From an uncultured Candidatus Peribacteria bacterium (GTDB lineage Bacteria > Patescibacteriota > Gracilibacteria > UBA1369 > JACRIC01): a stretch of 41,506 nucleotides of DNA. The stretch lies in NCBI GenBank assembly GCA_964617145.1, contig CAZTVN010000003.1, positions 1 through 41,506 of the forward strand, in the 5' to 3' direction. Below, in pieces: positions 19,388 to 27,839 of the stretch. Positions within the stretch are counted from its first letter, which is position 1. Each line of letters begins with the position of its first letter. The position numbers and the translations under genes are program-made. The notes below the pieces were generated by a model. It saw only the letters and a list, made by a program, of their open reading frames with translations. It did not search any database and had not been told where the DNA came from.

Positions 19388-20475
19388 ACATGAAAACGAA
19401 AATGCATAATGTCACCGTCTTTGACGACATAATCTTTGCCTTCAACACGTAAAAGCCCTTTTTCTTTTGCTTTTGCCTCACCGGCGCTTTCTACAAAATC
19501 TTCGTATGCTATCACTTCTGCGCGAATAAATCCTTTTTCAAAATCCGAATGAATTATTCCTGCCGCCTGAGGAGCTAAAGTGCCTTTTCCGATGGTCCAA
19601 GCCCGAACCTCTTTTGGTCCGGCGGTGAAGAATGTTTCCAAATTGAGCGTTTTGTAGGCCGTCCGAATAAGATGCGGCAATCCCCTCTCTGTAACTCCAA
19701 GTTCTTTCAAATATTCATCTGCCTCTTCTTCACTTAATTCGTTCACTTCGGCTTCAAGTTTTGCCGAAATAGGTATGATGTCATAATGCTCTGGAATACC
19801 TGTCATGCGGTACCATTTTGACTGGTCTGAATTTATTTCTTTTTCACTTACATTAGCGATAAAAAGCAGTGGTTTTTGCGTCAAAAGATGAAGATCTCGA
19901 ATTTTTTCAAATTCTTCTTTTTCAAAGGATACCGAGTTTGCGAGCTCACCTTTTTTTAATGTTTCTAATAAGCGCTCAAGTAATATCAAATATTCTTTTT
20001 TTTCTTTATCACCGCCCTTAGCTTCATTTCTGGCATGAATAAGCCTTTTTCCTACTGTCTGCAGATCGGAAAGCATCAGTTCCGTAGAGATAATTTCGAT
20101 ATCTTGTTTTGGATCAATTCGATCGTGAACATGGGTAATCGTCGGATCATCAAAAAAACGTACTGCCAATGCGATAGCGTCGCATTCCCGAATGTGCGCT
20201 AAAAACTGGTTTCCCAAGCCATCTCCCTTGCTTGCTCCTTTGACCAAGCCTGCGATATCAACAAATTCGATGCTTGTTCGAATAATTTTTGCTGGTTGAA
20301 CGATTGTGCTTATTTCTTCGATCCTTTTATCTGGCACTGCTACAACACCGATATTTGGTTCAATGGTACAAAAAGGATAATTCGCGACCGCAGCAGCACT
20401 TGATCGAGTCAATGAGTTAAACAGTGTTGATTTTCCTACATTCGGTAGACCGACGATGCCTATTTTAAGTCCCAT
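19384..20475 (-). CDS. ychF: Redox-regulated ribosome-binding ATPase YchF
   Basis: 363 aa. G1 motif GIVGLPNVGKSTLFN and the C-terminal TGS-like VVKDGDIMHFRF. Confidence 0.95.
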   Translation of the reverse strand: MGLKIGIVGLPNVGKSTLFNSLTRSSAAAVANYPFCTIEPNIGVVAVPDKRIEEISTIVQPAKIIRTSIEFVDIAGLVKGASKGDGLGNQFLAHIRECDAIALAVRFFDDPTITHVHDRIDPKQDIEIISTELMLSDLQTVGKRLIHARNEAKGGDKEKKEYLILLERLLETLKKGELANSVSFEKEEFEKIRDLHLLTQKPLLFIANVSEKEINSDQSKWYRMTGIPEHYDIIPISAKLEAEVNELSEEEADEYLKELGVTERGLPHLIRTAYKTLNLETFFTAGPKEVRAWTIGKGTLAPQAAGIIHSDFEKGFIRAEVIAYEDFVESAGEAKAKEKGLLRVEGKDYVVKDGDIMHFRFHV

Positions 20476-21133
20476 GAGATGAGAGTAGATGTTTTTGCAC
20501 TTGTTTTATAGTGAGCTGTCCTAAAGCTGATCTTTTTCTCATGTTCAGCGCTACAAAATTTATCGCATTATATTTAAGTCCTTGAATTCTCGTTTTGAGA
20601 CCATATTTCCCCATCCCTATTATAATGGCTTTCTTTTTAGTTTTGTGAAGTTTTTTCATAATATGAATCAGTGACGCCTCTTCCTTTTGATTTTTTGGAG
20701 TTACCGCTATTTTGAGAATATCAGGTTTCAAATTCTGCATTTTTTTTATGAGCGAATCAAGCTTTTCTTTTTCAGGCATAGATTCAAAATTATGGTAAGA
20801 AAGGATCATTTTCGCCTGTCCTTTATTTTTTATTATTTTTTTCATCCATGTTTTTTCTTTTTCTACCGCGATATCGAAATAATCAGCTCCTAATTGTATA
20901 GCTTTTATTATGCGCTCCATCCTTTGTTTTTCTGATCCTTTAAACGTTCCTTTCTCATTTTCTCCTTTATTTACGATCATTACTGGTTTTTTCTTTATTT
21001 TAAAAATCTTTTTTATATCCTCTATGCCTAAACTATCAATCCACAGTTCAGTTATATCTGCTTTTTTTTCTGCTAAACGCATCGAACGTATCATTTCGTC
21101 CACATTTGAGCCTTTTATGGGGATACAAATCAT
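20465..21133 (-). CDS. aroD: Type I 3-dehydroquinate dehydratase
   Basis: 222 aa. ICIPI start, ELWIDS, SYHNFE, and the Schiff-base Lys context ILKIAVTP. Overlaps ychF by 11 nt. Confidence 0.75.
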   Translation of the reverse strand: MICIPIKGSNVDEMIRSMRLAEKKADITELWIDSLGIEDIKKIFKIKKKPVMIVNKGENEKGTFKGSEKQRMERIIKAIQLGADYFDIAVEKEKTWMKKIIKNKGQAKMILSYHNFESMPEKEKLDSLIKKMQNLKPDILKIAVTPKNQKEEASLIHIMKKLHKTKKKAIIIGMGKYGLKTRIQGLKYNAINFVALNMRKRSALGQLTIKQVQKHLLSSHGT

Positions 21134-21185
21134 ATTTTGTGCATTATTTTTCTCTGTAACTTCACAAATTTCGAGTATATTATTG

Positions 21186-21346
21186 AGTGGGCAAGGGAAT
21201 TTTTTCTCCTCAAAGGCTCCGCATTGACCGTACCAAAGGTCTCACTCCTTCTGATTTTACGATATAATCCGCAAAATCAGATAGTCATTCGACCTGTACG
21301 GTAACCCAATGCTTTGCCATTTGTCGAAAAAATTCCCTTGCCCACT
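21186..21346 (+). repeat. Rod hairpin element sharing a conserved core with 36523-36737 (candidate structured RNA or MITE relative)
   Basis: 21-bp perfect stem: agtgggcaagggaattttttc (21186-21206) pairs with gaaaaaattcccttgcccact (21326-21346). Core blocks ctccgcattgaccgt (21217-21231) and atcagatagtcattcg (21276-21291) are shared with the 36.5-kb copy. Confidence 0.75.
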
Positions 21347-21451
21347 TATCAAGTTTGTACTCAAAAAAAATGAAACCGTACGCCCCCTTCATATTATCGT
21401 TTTTTTGCATTACAATACAGAAGAAATTTGTAACTTCTTGCGACTAATTCA

Positions 21452-22021
21452 ATGGATGAAGAAAAACATCTTGTGGAAATGGCAAAAAATGGTGATAACG
21501 ATGCTTTTATGAGCCTCTACAAGATCCATTTTGAACCAGTATATCGGTTCATTTACTACAAGGTGGGTAATGAGATGGAAGCAGAAGATATTGCTCAGGA
21601 AACCTTTCTTAAAGCCTATAAGGCAATACACGGTTTTAAGGGAGATGCAAAGTTTAAAAGTTGGCTTATACAGATCGCTAAATATACTATCGCTGATTAT
21701 TTCCGACATAAATACAAACATCCTACCATTGCCATTGAAGATTATCTTGCCTCTGACCCATTTCCTTATCCTGAAGACGATGAAGAAAAAGAAGAAATTC
21801 TTAAAAATCAAACCCAGAAAGAACTTTATCTTCAAAATATACTCTCCAAACTTCCAGAAAAATATCGTAATGTCATTCAGTGCCGCTTCCTTGAGAACCT
21901 TAATCTAGAAGAAACTGCTCAGAAACTTTCTCTCACGGTGAGTAATGTAAAAATTCTTCAATATCGCGGTCTTAAAAAACTTCAACAACTTTGCGCAGAC
22001 AATAACCTTACATGGACATAA
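21452..22021 (+). CDS. ECF-type RNA polymerase sigma-70 family factor
   Basis: 189 aa. Region 2 (ETFLKAYKAIHGFKGDAKFKSWLIQIA) and region 4 HTH (LSLTVSNVKILQYRGLKKL). Confidence 0.85.
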   Translation: MDEEKHLVEMAKNGDNDAFMSLYKIHFEPVYRFIYYKVGNEMEAEDIAQETFLKAYKAIHGFKGDAKFKSWLIQIAKYTIADYFRHKYKHPTIAIEDYLASDPFPYPEDDEEKEEILKNQTQKELYLQNILSKLPEKYRNVIQCRFLENLNLEETAQKLSLTVSNVKILQYRGLKKLQQLCADNNLTWT

Positions 22022-22639
22022 ATGAAAAATGATACGCAAAAATTCGATACTATCCTTGAGTCTATTCTTGATGGAAAAAATATTGAGCTTCAATCATTGG
22101 ATATGTCCTCCCTCTCTCAAGAAGAACATCAACTTTTGCTTTTTGCTCGATCTATTCGAGGAATATCTCAATATGATCATGCCAAATCTTCTCTTGCGCA
22201 CAATCGTATTGAACAAAAATTACGTCATTCACTCCAAAAAGAAAAGACAATTCTTCTTCAAGAGAAAGATGCTCTTTCAGGTTTTGCGGCAATTGCCTCT
22301 TCTTTTCATTCTCTTTTCAATTTTCGTTTTGCGCCCATTGTTGCTACCATTGGCCTTATTGCTATTTTGACTGTTATGGGAACTCCTTTCAGCAATCGTA
22401 CATCTATTACTCCTCAAGATGAAGTCATGGCTCAAGAATTGATAACCAAACTTTTGGCTTCAAATAGCGCGCCAATTGCAGAAGAGATGAAAATGGATGA
22501 GTCATTTACTCCTATTGAAATGGACGATCTTGAAGTCTCCATTGAAATTATGAACCTATCCTCTTCTTTAAAAGATTTTTCTCCAGAAGACCTTGAAAAA
22601 GAATTTAATACGTTTCCTGTTGACAGTGAATTTCTTTAA
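22022..22639 (+). CDS. Putative anti-sigma factor / single-pass membrane protein
   Basis: 205 aa. Its start abuts the sigma gene stop. One TM segment (FAPIVATIGLIAILTVMG). The call rests on position only. Confidence 0.45.
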   Translation: MKNDTQKFDTILESILDGKNIELQSLDMSSLSQEEHQLLLFARSIRGISQYDHAKSSLAHNRIEQKLRHSLQKEKTILLQEKDALSGFAAIASSFHSLFNFRFAPIVATIGLIAILTVMGTPFSNRTSITPQDEVMAQELITKLLASNSAPIAEEMKMDESFTPIEMDDLEVSIEIMNLSSSLKDFSPEDLEKEFNTFPVDSEFL

Positions 22640-22670
22640 AGCTTATTCTTAAATTGTTACAATATTTTCT

Positions 22671-23585
22671 ATGATCTCCCTTACTTTCAAACGTTTCTCC
22701 CTGACCTCTTTTCTTTTCTCTTGTGCGATCCTAAGTCTTATCATGCTTGCCCCTTCTCATGTTTTTGCTCAAGGATTTATTGGTCAAAAAGAAAATGTGC
22801 AAAAGGCGAACGTAGCATCTCAAGATCTTGAAAAAGTTTTGAAAAAAAATGATGCCATTTCGCAAACCGCTCAAGAGCTTAAAAATATGCTTGAACAAAA
22901 TGGGCAGAAGGTCAGAGACAAAGAAACCTTTTTGACGAAAATGAGAGAATTTTTGTCACTTATCACGGATAATAAAATAACCTATTTAGGTGTTCTTAAT
23001 GACCGCATAAACAATAATAAAGCCATTACAGAAACAGAAAAAAATACGGCTCTTAATCTTCTTGATACCGATATGACATTTTATCAAGAAAAACAAGCAG
23101 CCATTCAGTCCTTAAATGACTGGGAAAACCTCAGGAAGATTGGAAATGAGATTCAAAATTATTCTGAGAAAATTACTCCTCGCCTCCGTGGACTTGCCGG
23201 CCTTCGACTTGTTCAAGAAGCGACGGCACTTGTTGAGCGTGCCAAAAAAATTAGTGCAAAATTATCTGAAAATATTACCAAGTTTGAAAGGCAGAGTTCG
23301 GTTCAAGGAGTAGAGAGTGTTTCATCTGAACCATCATCTGGTTCCGATACAAGTGAATCTTTTAATTTTGACGCGGCTCTTGAAGATTTAGATGCCTTTG
23401 TCGCCGATGCGCAGCAGAACGTGACGCAAGCCAAAGAAAGTTTTATGGAGATGGTCGAGCTTAAAGACTCAACAACCGATCAAAAACCTATAGAATATTT
23501 AAAAGAAGCTCACCTCGATCTCAAAAGTGCCCGTAAAACTTCTGTTACGATCACGATTGAACTCATTAAGAGTACCATAGAGTAA
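22671..23585 (+). CDS. Secreted coiled-coil hypothetical protein
   Basis: 304 aa. Signal peptide ending HVFAQG. Charged and helical throughout. Confidence 0.55.
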   Translation: MISLTFKRFSLTSFLFSCAILSLIMLAPSHVFAQGFIGQKENVQKANVASQDLEKVLKKNDAISQTAQELKNMLEQNGQKVRDKETFLTKMREFLSLITDNKITYLGVLNDRINNNKAITETEKNTALNLLDTDMTFYQEKQAAIQSLNDWENLRKIGNEIQNYSEKITPRLRGLAGLRLVQEATALVERAKKISAKLSENITKFERQSSVQGVESVSSEPSSGSDTSESFNFDAALEDLDAFVADAQQNVTQAKESFMEMVELKDSTTDQKPIEYLKEAHLDLKSARKTSVTITIELIKSTIE

Positions 23586-23609
23586 CGAATCCTCTAATTT
23601 TCAAGGACA

Positions 23610-24371
23610 ATGAGATATTTTTATCGTATTTTTTTCGTTGGGATACTTGTTTTAAGTCTTTCGGCATCTGCATTTGCCACTTTCCCTGATGTCGATGACA
23701 GCAGCACCTATCACGAAGCTATCAGTTTTCTTGAAGAAAAAGGTATCATCCAGGGATATCCCGATGGACTTTTTCGGTCTGAAAATTCGATTAATCGCGC
23801 TGAAGCTCTAAAAATTCTTCTGCTCGGATCATCTATTGCCGTACCGACTGAAGTTTCCAACACCAGTTTTCCTGATTTTTATGCCACTGACTGGTTTGCC
23901 CCTTACGTTGAAACAGCTAAATCGCTCAATATTGTGGATGGTTATCCTGATGGAAATTTCAAACCCGCGAATACTCTTAATCTTGTGGAATATTTAAAGA
24001 TGCTTCTTCTGACCAATGATATTGATCTTGAGTCCCTTTATCCTCATGGTATAAGCGATTCTCCTTTCTCTGACACTCCTTTCTCTGACTGGTACAGTTT
24101 ATATATGCAATATGCGAAAGATAAAAATCTTGTTGATACTGATTCCGATTCGAAGGTTTACCCTGCGCAACCCATGAGCCGAGGATATTTTTCGGAAATC
24201 ATGTATCGATTTATCTTTATTCAAGAAAATGGTTTGGACGCTTTTCCTGTAGATGCCAATCTTGAAGAAGATCTTACCGAGGTTTTAGAAGAACTCGACT
24301 CCCTTCTTAATGAGAATAACGAAGACTGGATCGTTGACTATGATGGTCTTTTTGATGATCTTGGATTTTGA
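23610..24371 (+). CDS. S-layer homology (SLH) domain protein
   Basis: 253 aa. Signal peptide, then three SLH-like repeats (FPDV..YHEAISFLEEKGIIQGYPDGLF..RAEALKILL; FPDF..WFAPYVE..IVDGYPDGNFKP; FSD.WYSLYMQYAKDKNLV). Confidence 0.8.
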   Translation: MRYFYRIFFVGILVLSLSASAFATFPDVDDSSTYHEAISFLEEKGIIQGYPDGLFRSENSINRAEALKILLLGSSIAVPTEVSNTSFPDFYATDWFAPYVETAKSLNIVDGYPDGNFKPANTLNLVEYLKMLLLTNDIDLESLYPHGISDSPFSDTPFSDWYSLYMQYAKDKNLVDTDSDSKVYPAQPMSRGYFSEIMYRFIFIQENGLDAFPVDANLEEDLTEVLEELDSLLNENNEDWIVDYDGLFDDLGF

Positions 24372-24386
24372 GAGTTGGTAGGGATA

Positions 24387-24546
24387 TTAGATAGCGGCAG
24401 ATTGCTTTTTCCTGAACGCTTTCGTCTACTATTAAATAAAAATTTTTTTTACTTATCCGAAAGCTCGATTCTCGCGAAGCATCAACCTTTTCTCATTCTC
24501 TTGCTTCGCTCGAAACGTCAGTCAAAAGCAATCTGCCGCTATCTAA
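24387..24546 (+). repeat. Long rod hairpin element (160 nt), divergent family-1 member
   Basis: 23-bp perfect stem: ttagatagcggcagattgctttt (24387-24409) pairs with aaaagcaatctgccgctatctaa (24524-24546). Inner pairs are gcgaagca (24474-24481)/tgcttcgc (24502-24509) and ctgaacgctttcg/cgaaacgtcag. The internal ctttcgtctactattaaat resembles other family members. Confidence 0.7.
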
Positions 24547-24549
24547 ATA

Positions 24550-24577
24550 TTGACAAACCAATTCTTCTCTCTATATT
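24550..24577 (+). promoter_or_regulatory. Putative sigma70 promoter of the ABC operon (TTGACA, 16 nt, TATATT)
   Basis: ttgaca at 24550-24555 and tatatt at 24572-24577. The GTG start at 24587 is only 9 nt after the -10. Confidence 0.5.
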
Positions 24578-24586
24578 TTAAAAGCT

Positions 24587-25516
24587 GTGATTACTGTTAA
24601 AAATCTTTCCAAATTTTACGGCACCGTTCCCGCCGTCTCGGATATTTCCTTTGATATTAAAAAAGGAGAAATTGTTGGTTTTCTTGGTCCAAATGGGGCC
24701 GGGAAGACTACTACAATGAAAATTCTTACTTGTTATATGCCGCCGACTTCAGGAAGTGTCTTTATCGGAGATCTTTCTCTTTTTGAATTTTCCAAGGAAA
24801 TACGTTCTCGCATTGGCTATCTTCCTGAAAATACGCCTCTTTATGACGACATGAATGTTTTTGAGTATCTTGAATTTTTAAGTGAGATGCACCAAATACC
24901 CTCAAAAAAGAAACGAGGGAGAATTCGTGAAGTGCTTGAACTTTGCGGCTTGAAAGAAAAAATGAAATCTGACATTTCTACTCTCTCCAAAGGCTATCGT
25001 CAACGTGTTGGTCTTGCCCAAGCTCTAATTCATGATCCAGAAATTCTTATTCTCGACGAACCCACATCAGGACTTGATCCTAATCAAATTATTGAAATTC
25101 GTAATCTCATTAAAGAAGCTGCGAAGAAAAAAACTATTCTTTTAAGCACTCATATTCTTTCCGAAGTTGAGGCAGTGTGTCATCGAGTTCTTATCATTCA
25201 TAAAGGAAAAATCGTTGGGGAAGGCACGGTCGATGAATTGCGTGCACAAATCTCAAATCGTTCGATTATTCGTGTCGATGTCGAGGGTGGTAAGGGTGAA
25301 ATTCTTGCTCAAATAAAACTCCTTGATGATGTTTTACGCGTTCAAGCCATGGAGTCTCCGCAGCAGGGAGTGTGGCGATTTATGATCGAAACTCCAAAAG
25401 ATATTGACTTGCGCAAACGTCTCAATCATCATCTTTTAGATCATGGCTTTGAACTTGTAGGAATGCAAAAAGAAACCATCAGCATGGAAGATGTCTTTAC
25501 TCAATTAACGAAATAA
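24587..25516 (+). CDS. ABC transporter ATP-binding protein (GldA/ABC-2 type)
   Basis: 309 aa. Walker A GPNGAGKTT, signature LSKGYRQR, Walker B ILILDEPTSGLD. Confidence 0.9.
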   Translation: MITVKNLSKFYGTVPAVSDISFDIKKGEIVGFLGPNGAGKTTTMKILTCYMPPTSGSVFIGDLSLFEFSKEIRSRIGYLPENTPLYDDMNVFEYLEFLSEMHQIPSKKKRGRIREVLELCGLKEKMKSDISTLSKGYRQRVGLAQALIHDPEILILDEPTSGLDPNQIIEIRNLIKEAAKKKTILLSTHILSEVEAVCHRVLIIHKGKIVGEGTVDELRAQISNRSIIRVDVEGGKGEILAQIKLLDDVLRVQAMESPQQGVWRFMIETPKDIDLRKRLNHHLLDHGFELVGMQKETISMEDVFTQLTK

Positions 25517-25521
25517 ATAAT

Positions 25522-26238
25522 ATGTCTATCGTCTGGGCTATTATTAAAAAAGAACTCCGAACCTATTTTAATTCCCCTATTGCTTATATTTTTCTTACGG
25601 TTTTTCTCGTTTTGACCTCTTGGATGCATTTTCGCACATTTTTCTTGAGTAATCAGGCTTCGATGAGAAATTTCTTTGTTCTTCTTCCTTGGATTTTTCT
25701 TTTTTTTGTGCCCGCTATTTCTATGAGACTCTTTTCCGAAGAAAAGAAAACCGGGACATTGGAAGTTTTAATGACGCTCCCCGTGAGCGATATTGAGGTG
25801 GTGCTTGGAAAATTTTTTGCGAGCCTGATTTTGATTGCCTTAAGCCTTGTCATGACTTTTCCTCTTTATCTTATTACCACTATTTTAGGCGATCCTGACC
25901 ATGGAGTTATTTTCACTCAATATTTCAGCTCTCTTCTTCTTGGCGCGGCTTATCTTTCGATTGGACTTTTTGTTTCCAGTTTTACCAAAAATCAAATTAT
26001 CGCCTTTATCGTCGCGACGGTTTTTACATTTTTACTGCTTATCATTGGCGAAAGTCTTTTGCTTTTTACCCTTCCTTCTTTTATTGCTCCTTTGTTTCAA
26101 TATATTGCTCTCTCGACTCACTTTGAAAGTATGGCTCGCGGAGTGATTGATAGCCGTGATCTTATCTATTATTTTTCGGTTATTTTTATTTTTCTCGCTC
26201 TTAGTTGTCGTAATTTATCCGCACGGAAATGGAAATAA
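25522..26238 (+). CDS. ABC-2 type transporter permease (GldF-like)
   Basis: 238 aa, about 6 TM helices, directly downstream of the ATPase. Confidence 0.75.
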   Translation: MSIVWAIIKKELRTYFNSPIAYIFLTVFLVLTSWMHFRTFFLSNQASMRNFFVLLPWIFLFFVPAISMRLFSEEKKTGTLEVLMTLPVSDIEVVLGKFFASLILIALSLVMTFPLYLITTILGDPDHGVIFTQYFSSLLLGAAYLSIGLFVSSFTKNQIIAFIVATVFTFLLLIIGESLLLFTLPSFIAPLFQYIALSTHFESMARGVIDSRDLIYYFSVIFIFLALSCRNLSARKWK

Positions 26239-27806
26239 ATTTTCTCAAAAAAATTCGATATTCGACTCTTTTTATTATTATTCTTGGTATCCTAGTTTTT
26301 GTGAATCTCATTAGCGTGCGACATTTTTTGCGTTTTGATCTTACGGATGAAAATGAGTACACACTTTCTGATTCAACAAAAAAGATTTTGGGATCACTTG
26401 ATGATGTCGTGAATATCAAAGTGTACTTTTCCGAAAAACTTCCACCCAATTTGATTCCTCTCTCCCAATATGTTCACGATCTTATGAGTGAATATTTTTC
26501 CTATTCCAAGGGAAATATTCAAGTTGATTACATTGATCCGCTTTCTGATCCTGCTCTCTCCGAAGAGGTTTCTCAACTCGGCATTCCTCAAATACAAATG
26601 AATATTTTGGAAAAGGATAAAGTTCAACTTCAAAATGGTTATCTTGGCATTGCCATTTTTTACGTTGATAAACATGAAGTTCTTCCTTTTGTTCAAGATA
26701 CCGAAAACCTTGAGTATGAATTAAGTTCGGCTATTAAAAAAGTTACGAATCCTGTTGAAAAAGTTCTTGGTTTTCTTAAAGGTCACTTGGAATATGAAAT
26801 TTATGGTGAATCCGCAGAATATTCGACCTTTGGTGAAGCACTTGGGAAAAATTATGAAATTAAGGAGATCGATATTTCTCAGCAGAAAGCGATAAGTGGA
26901 GTTGATACTCTCATTGTTGCTGGACCTAGTTCGCCGGCTTTTTCCGATACAGATATTTCGGCGATCGAACAATTTATGAAAGGAGGCGGGAATGTCATAT
27001 TTCTTTTAGAAACTTTTGGAGTCGGCGGGGGGCTTCAAACCACTGCGACTGATCTTGGCGTTTTAAAAAGTTTTCTTGAATCTCTTGGAGTGAGCGTAAA
27101 AAATGGCTTTGTACTTGATGAAGTCAATGAAATGGCTTCATTTTCTCAAGGTTTTGTTCGGTTTTTTGTTCCCTATCCATTTTGGGTTAAAATCGTCGAT
27201 TTTTCGAAAACTCAGCCTATTGTTTCCAAACTTGATTCTTTGGTTTTTCCATGGGCTTCTCCCCTTTCTGTTTCGCAAAAGGAAATGGTTAATTTTGAAA
27301 TTCTTGCAAAAAGTTCTTCCCATTCTTTCCTTCAAGAATCCCCCAATCTCGACCCTAATCAAAATTTCTCACTTCCTGAAAGTGCATCAACTCAAGATAT
27401 GGTAGTTTTGGGCTCTCAACGATTCTCTGCCTCAACGGTGAGCGGGACGGATGATAGCTCGAATGCAACTACGGGTGATAATTCGAATGTAACAGGCGAT
27501 ACAGTGAGCCGCTTTGCGGTTATTGGGGATGCTGATTTCTTAAAAAATAATTTTCTCAATCAATTCCCTCAAAATCTTGATTTTGGCCTTAATTTGGTGG
27601 ATTACCTTACTTTGGATGAATCACTTATTGGGATTCGCTCACGTGGAGCTTCTGATCGACCTCTTTTGATTTCTTCTGAAAATCCTGAGCGCACGAAACT
27701 TATTGCTCGGATCATTGGCATCTTAGGCATGCCTCTTCTTATTGTGCTTTATGGTATAATTCGAGGATATTTAAGACGGAGAGATCAGCAAAATTTTGAA
27801 TTTTAA
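26229..27806 (+). CDS. GldG-like ABC transport auxiliary protein
   Basis: 525 aa. N- and C-terminal TM anchors flank a large extracytoplasmic domain. Overlaps the permease gene by 10 nt. The gene order matches gldA-gldF-gldG-type loci. Confidence 0.55.
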   Translation: MEINFLKKIRYSTLFIIILGILVFVNLISVRHFLRFDLTDENEYTLSDSTKKILGSLDDVVNIKVYFSEKLPPNLIPLSQYVHDLMSEYFSYSKGNIQVDYIDPLSDPALSEEVSQLGIPQIQMNILEKDKVQLQNGYLGIAIFYVDKHEVLPFVQDTENLEYELSSAIKKVTNPVEKVLGFLKGHLEYEIYGESAEYSTFGEALGKNYEIKEIDISQQKAISGVDTLIVAGPSSPAFSDTDISAIEQFMKGGGNVIFLLETFGVGGGLQTTATDLGVLKSFLESLGVSVKNGFVLDEVNEMASFSQGFVRFFVPYPFWVKIVDFSKTQPIVSKLDSLVFPWASPLSVSQKEMVNFEILAKSSSHSFLQESPNLDPNQNFSLPESASTQDMVVLGSQRFSASTVSGTDDSSNATTGDNSNVTGDTVSRFAVIGDADFLKNNFLNQFPQNLDFGLNLVDYLTLDESLIGIRSRGASDRPLLISSENPERTKLIARIIGILGMPLLIVLYGIIRGYLRRRDQQNFEF

Positions 27807-27839
27807 TGGGCAACTCCTTGGTATTTTTTCCTATTTTCT

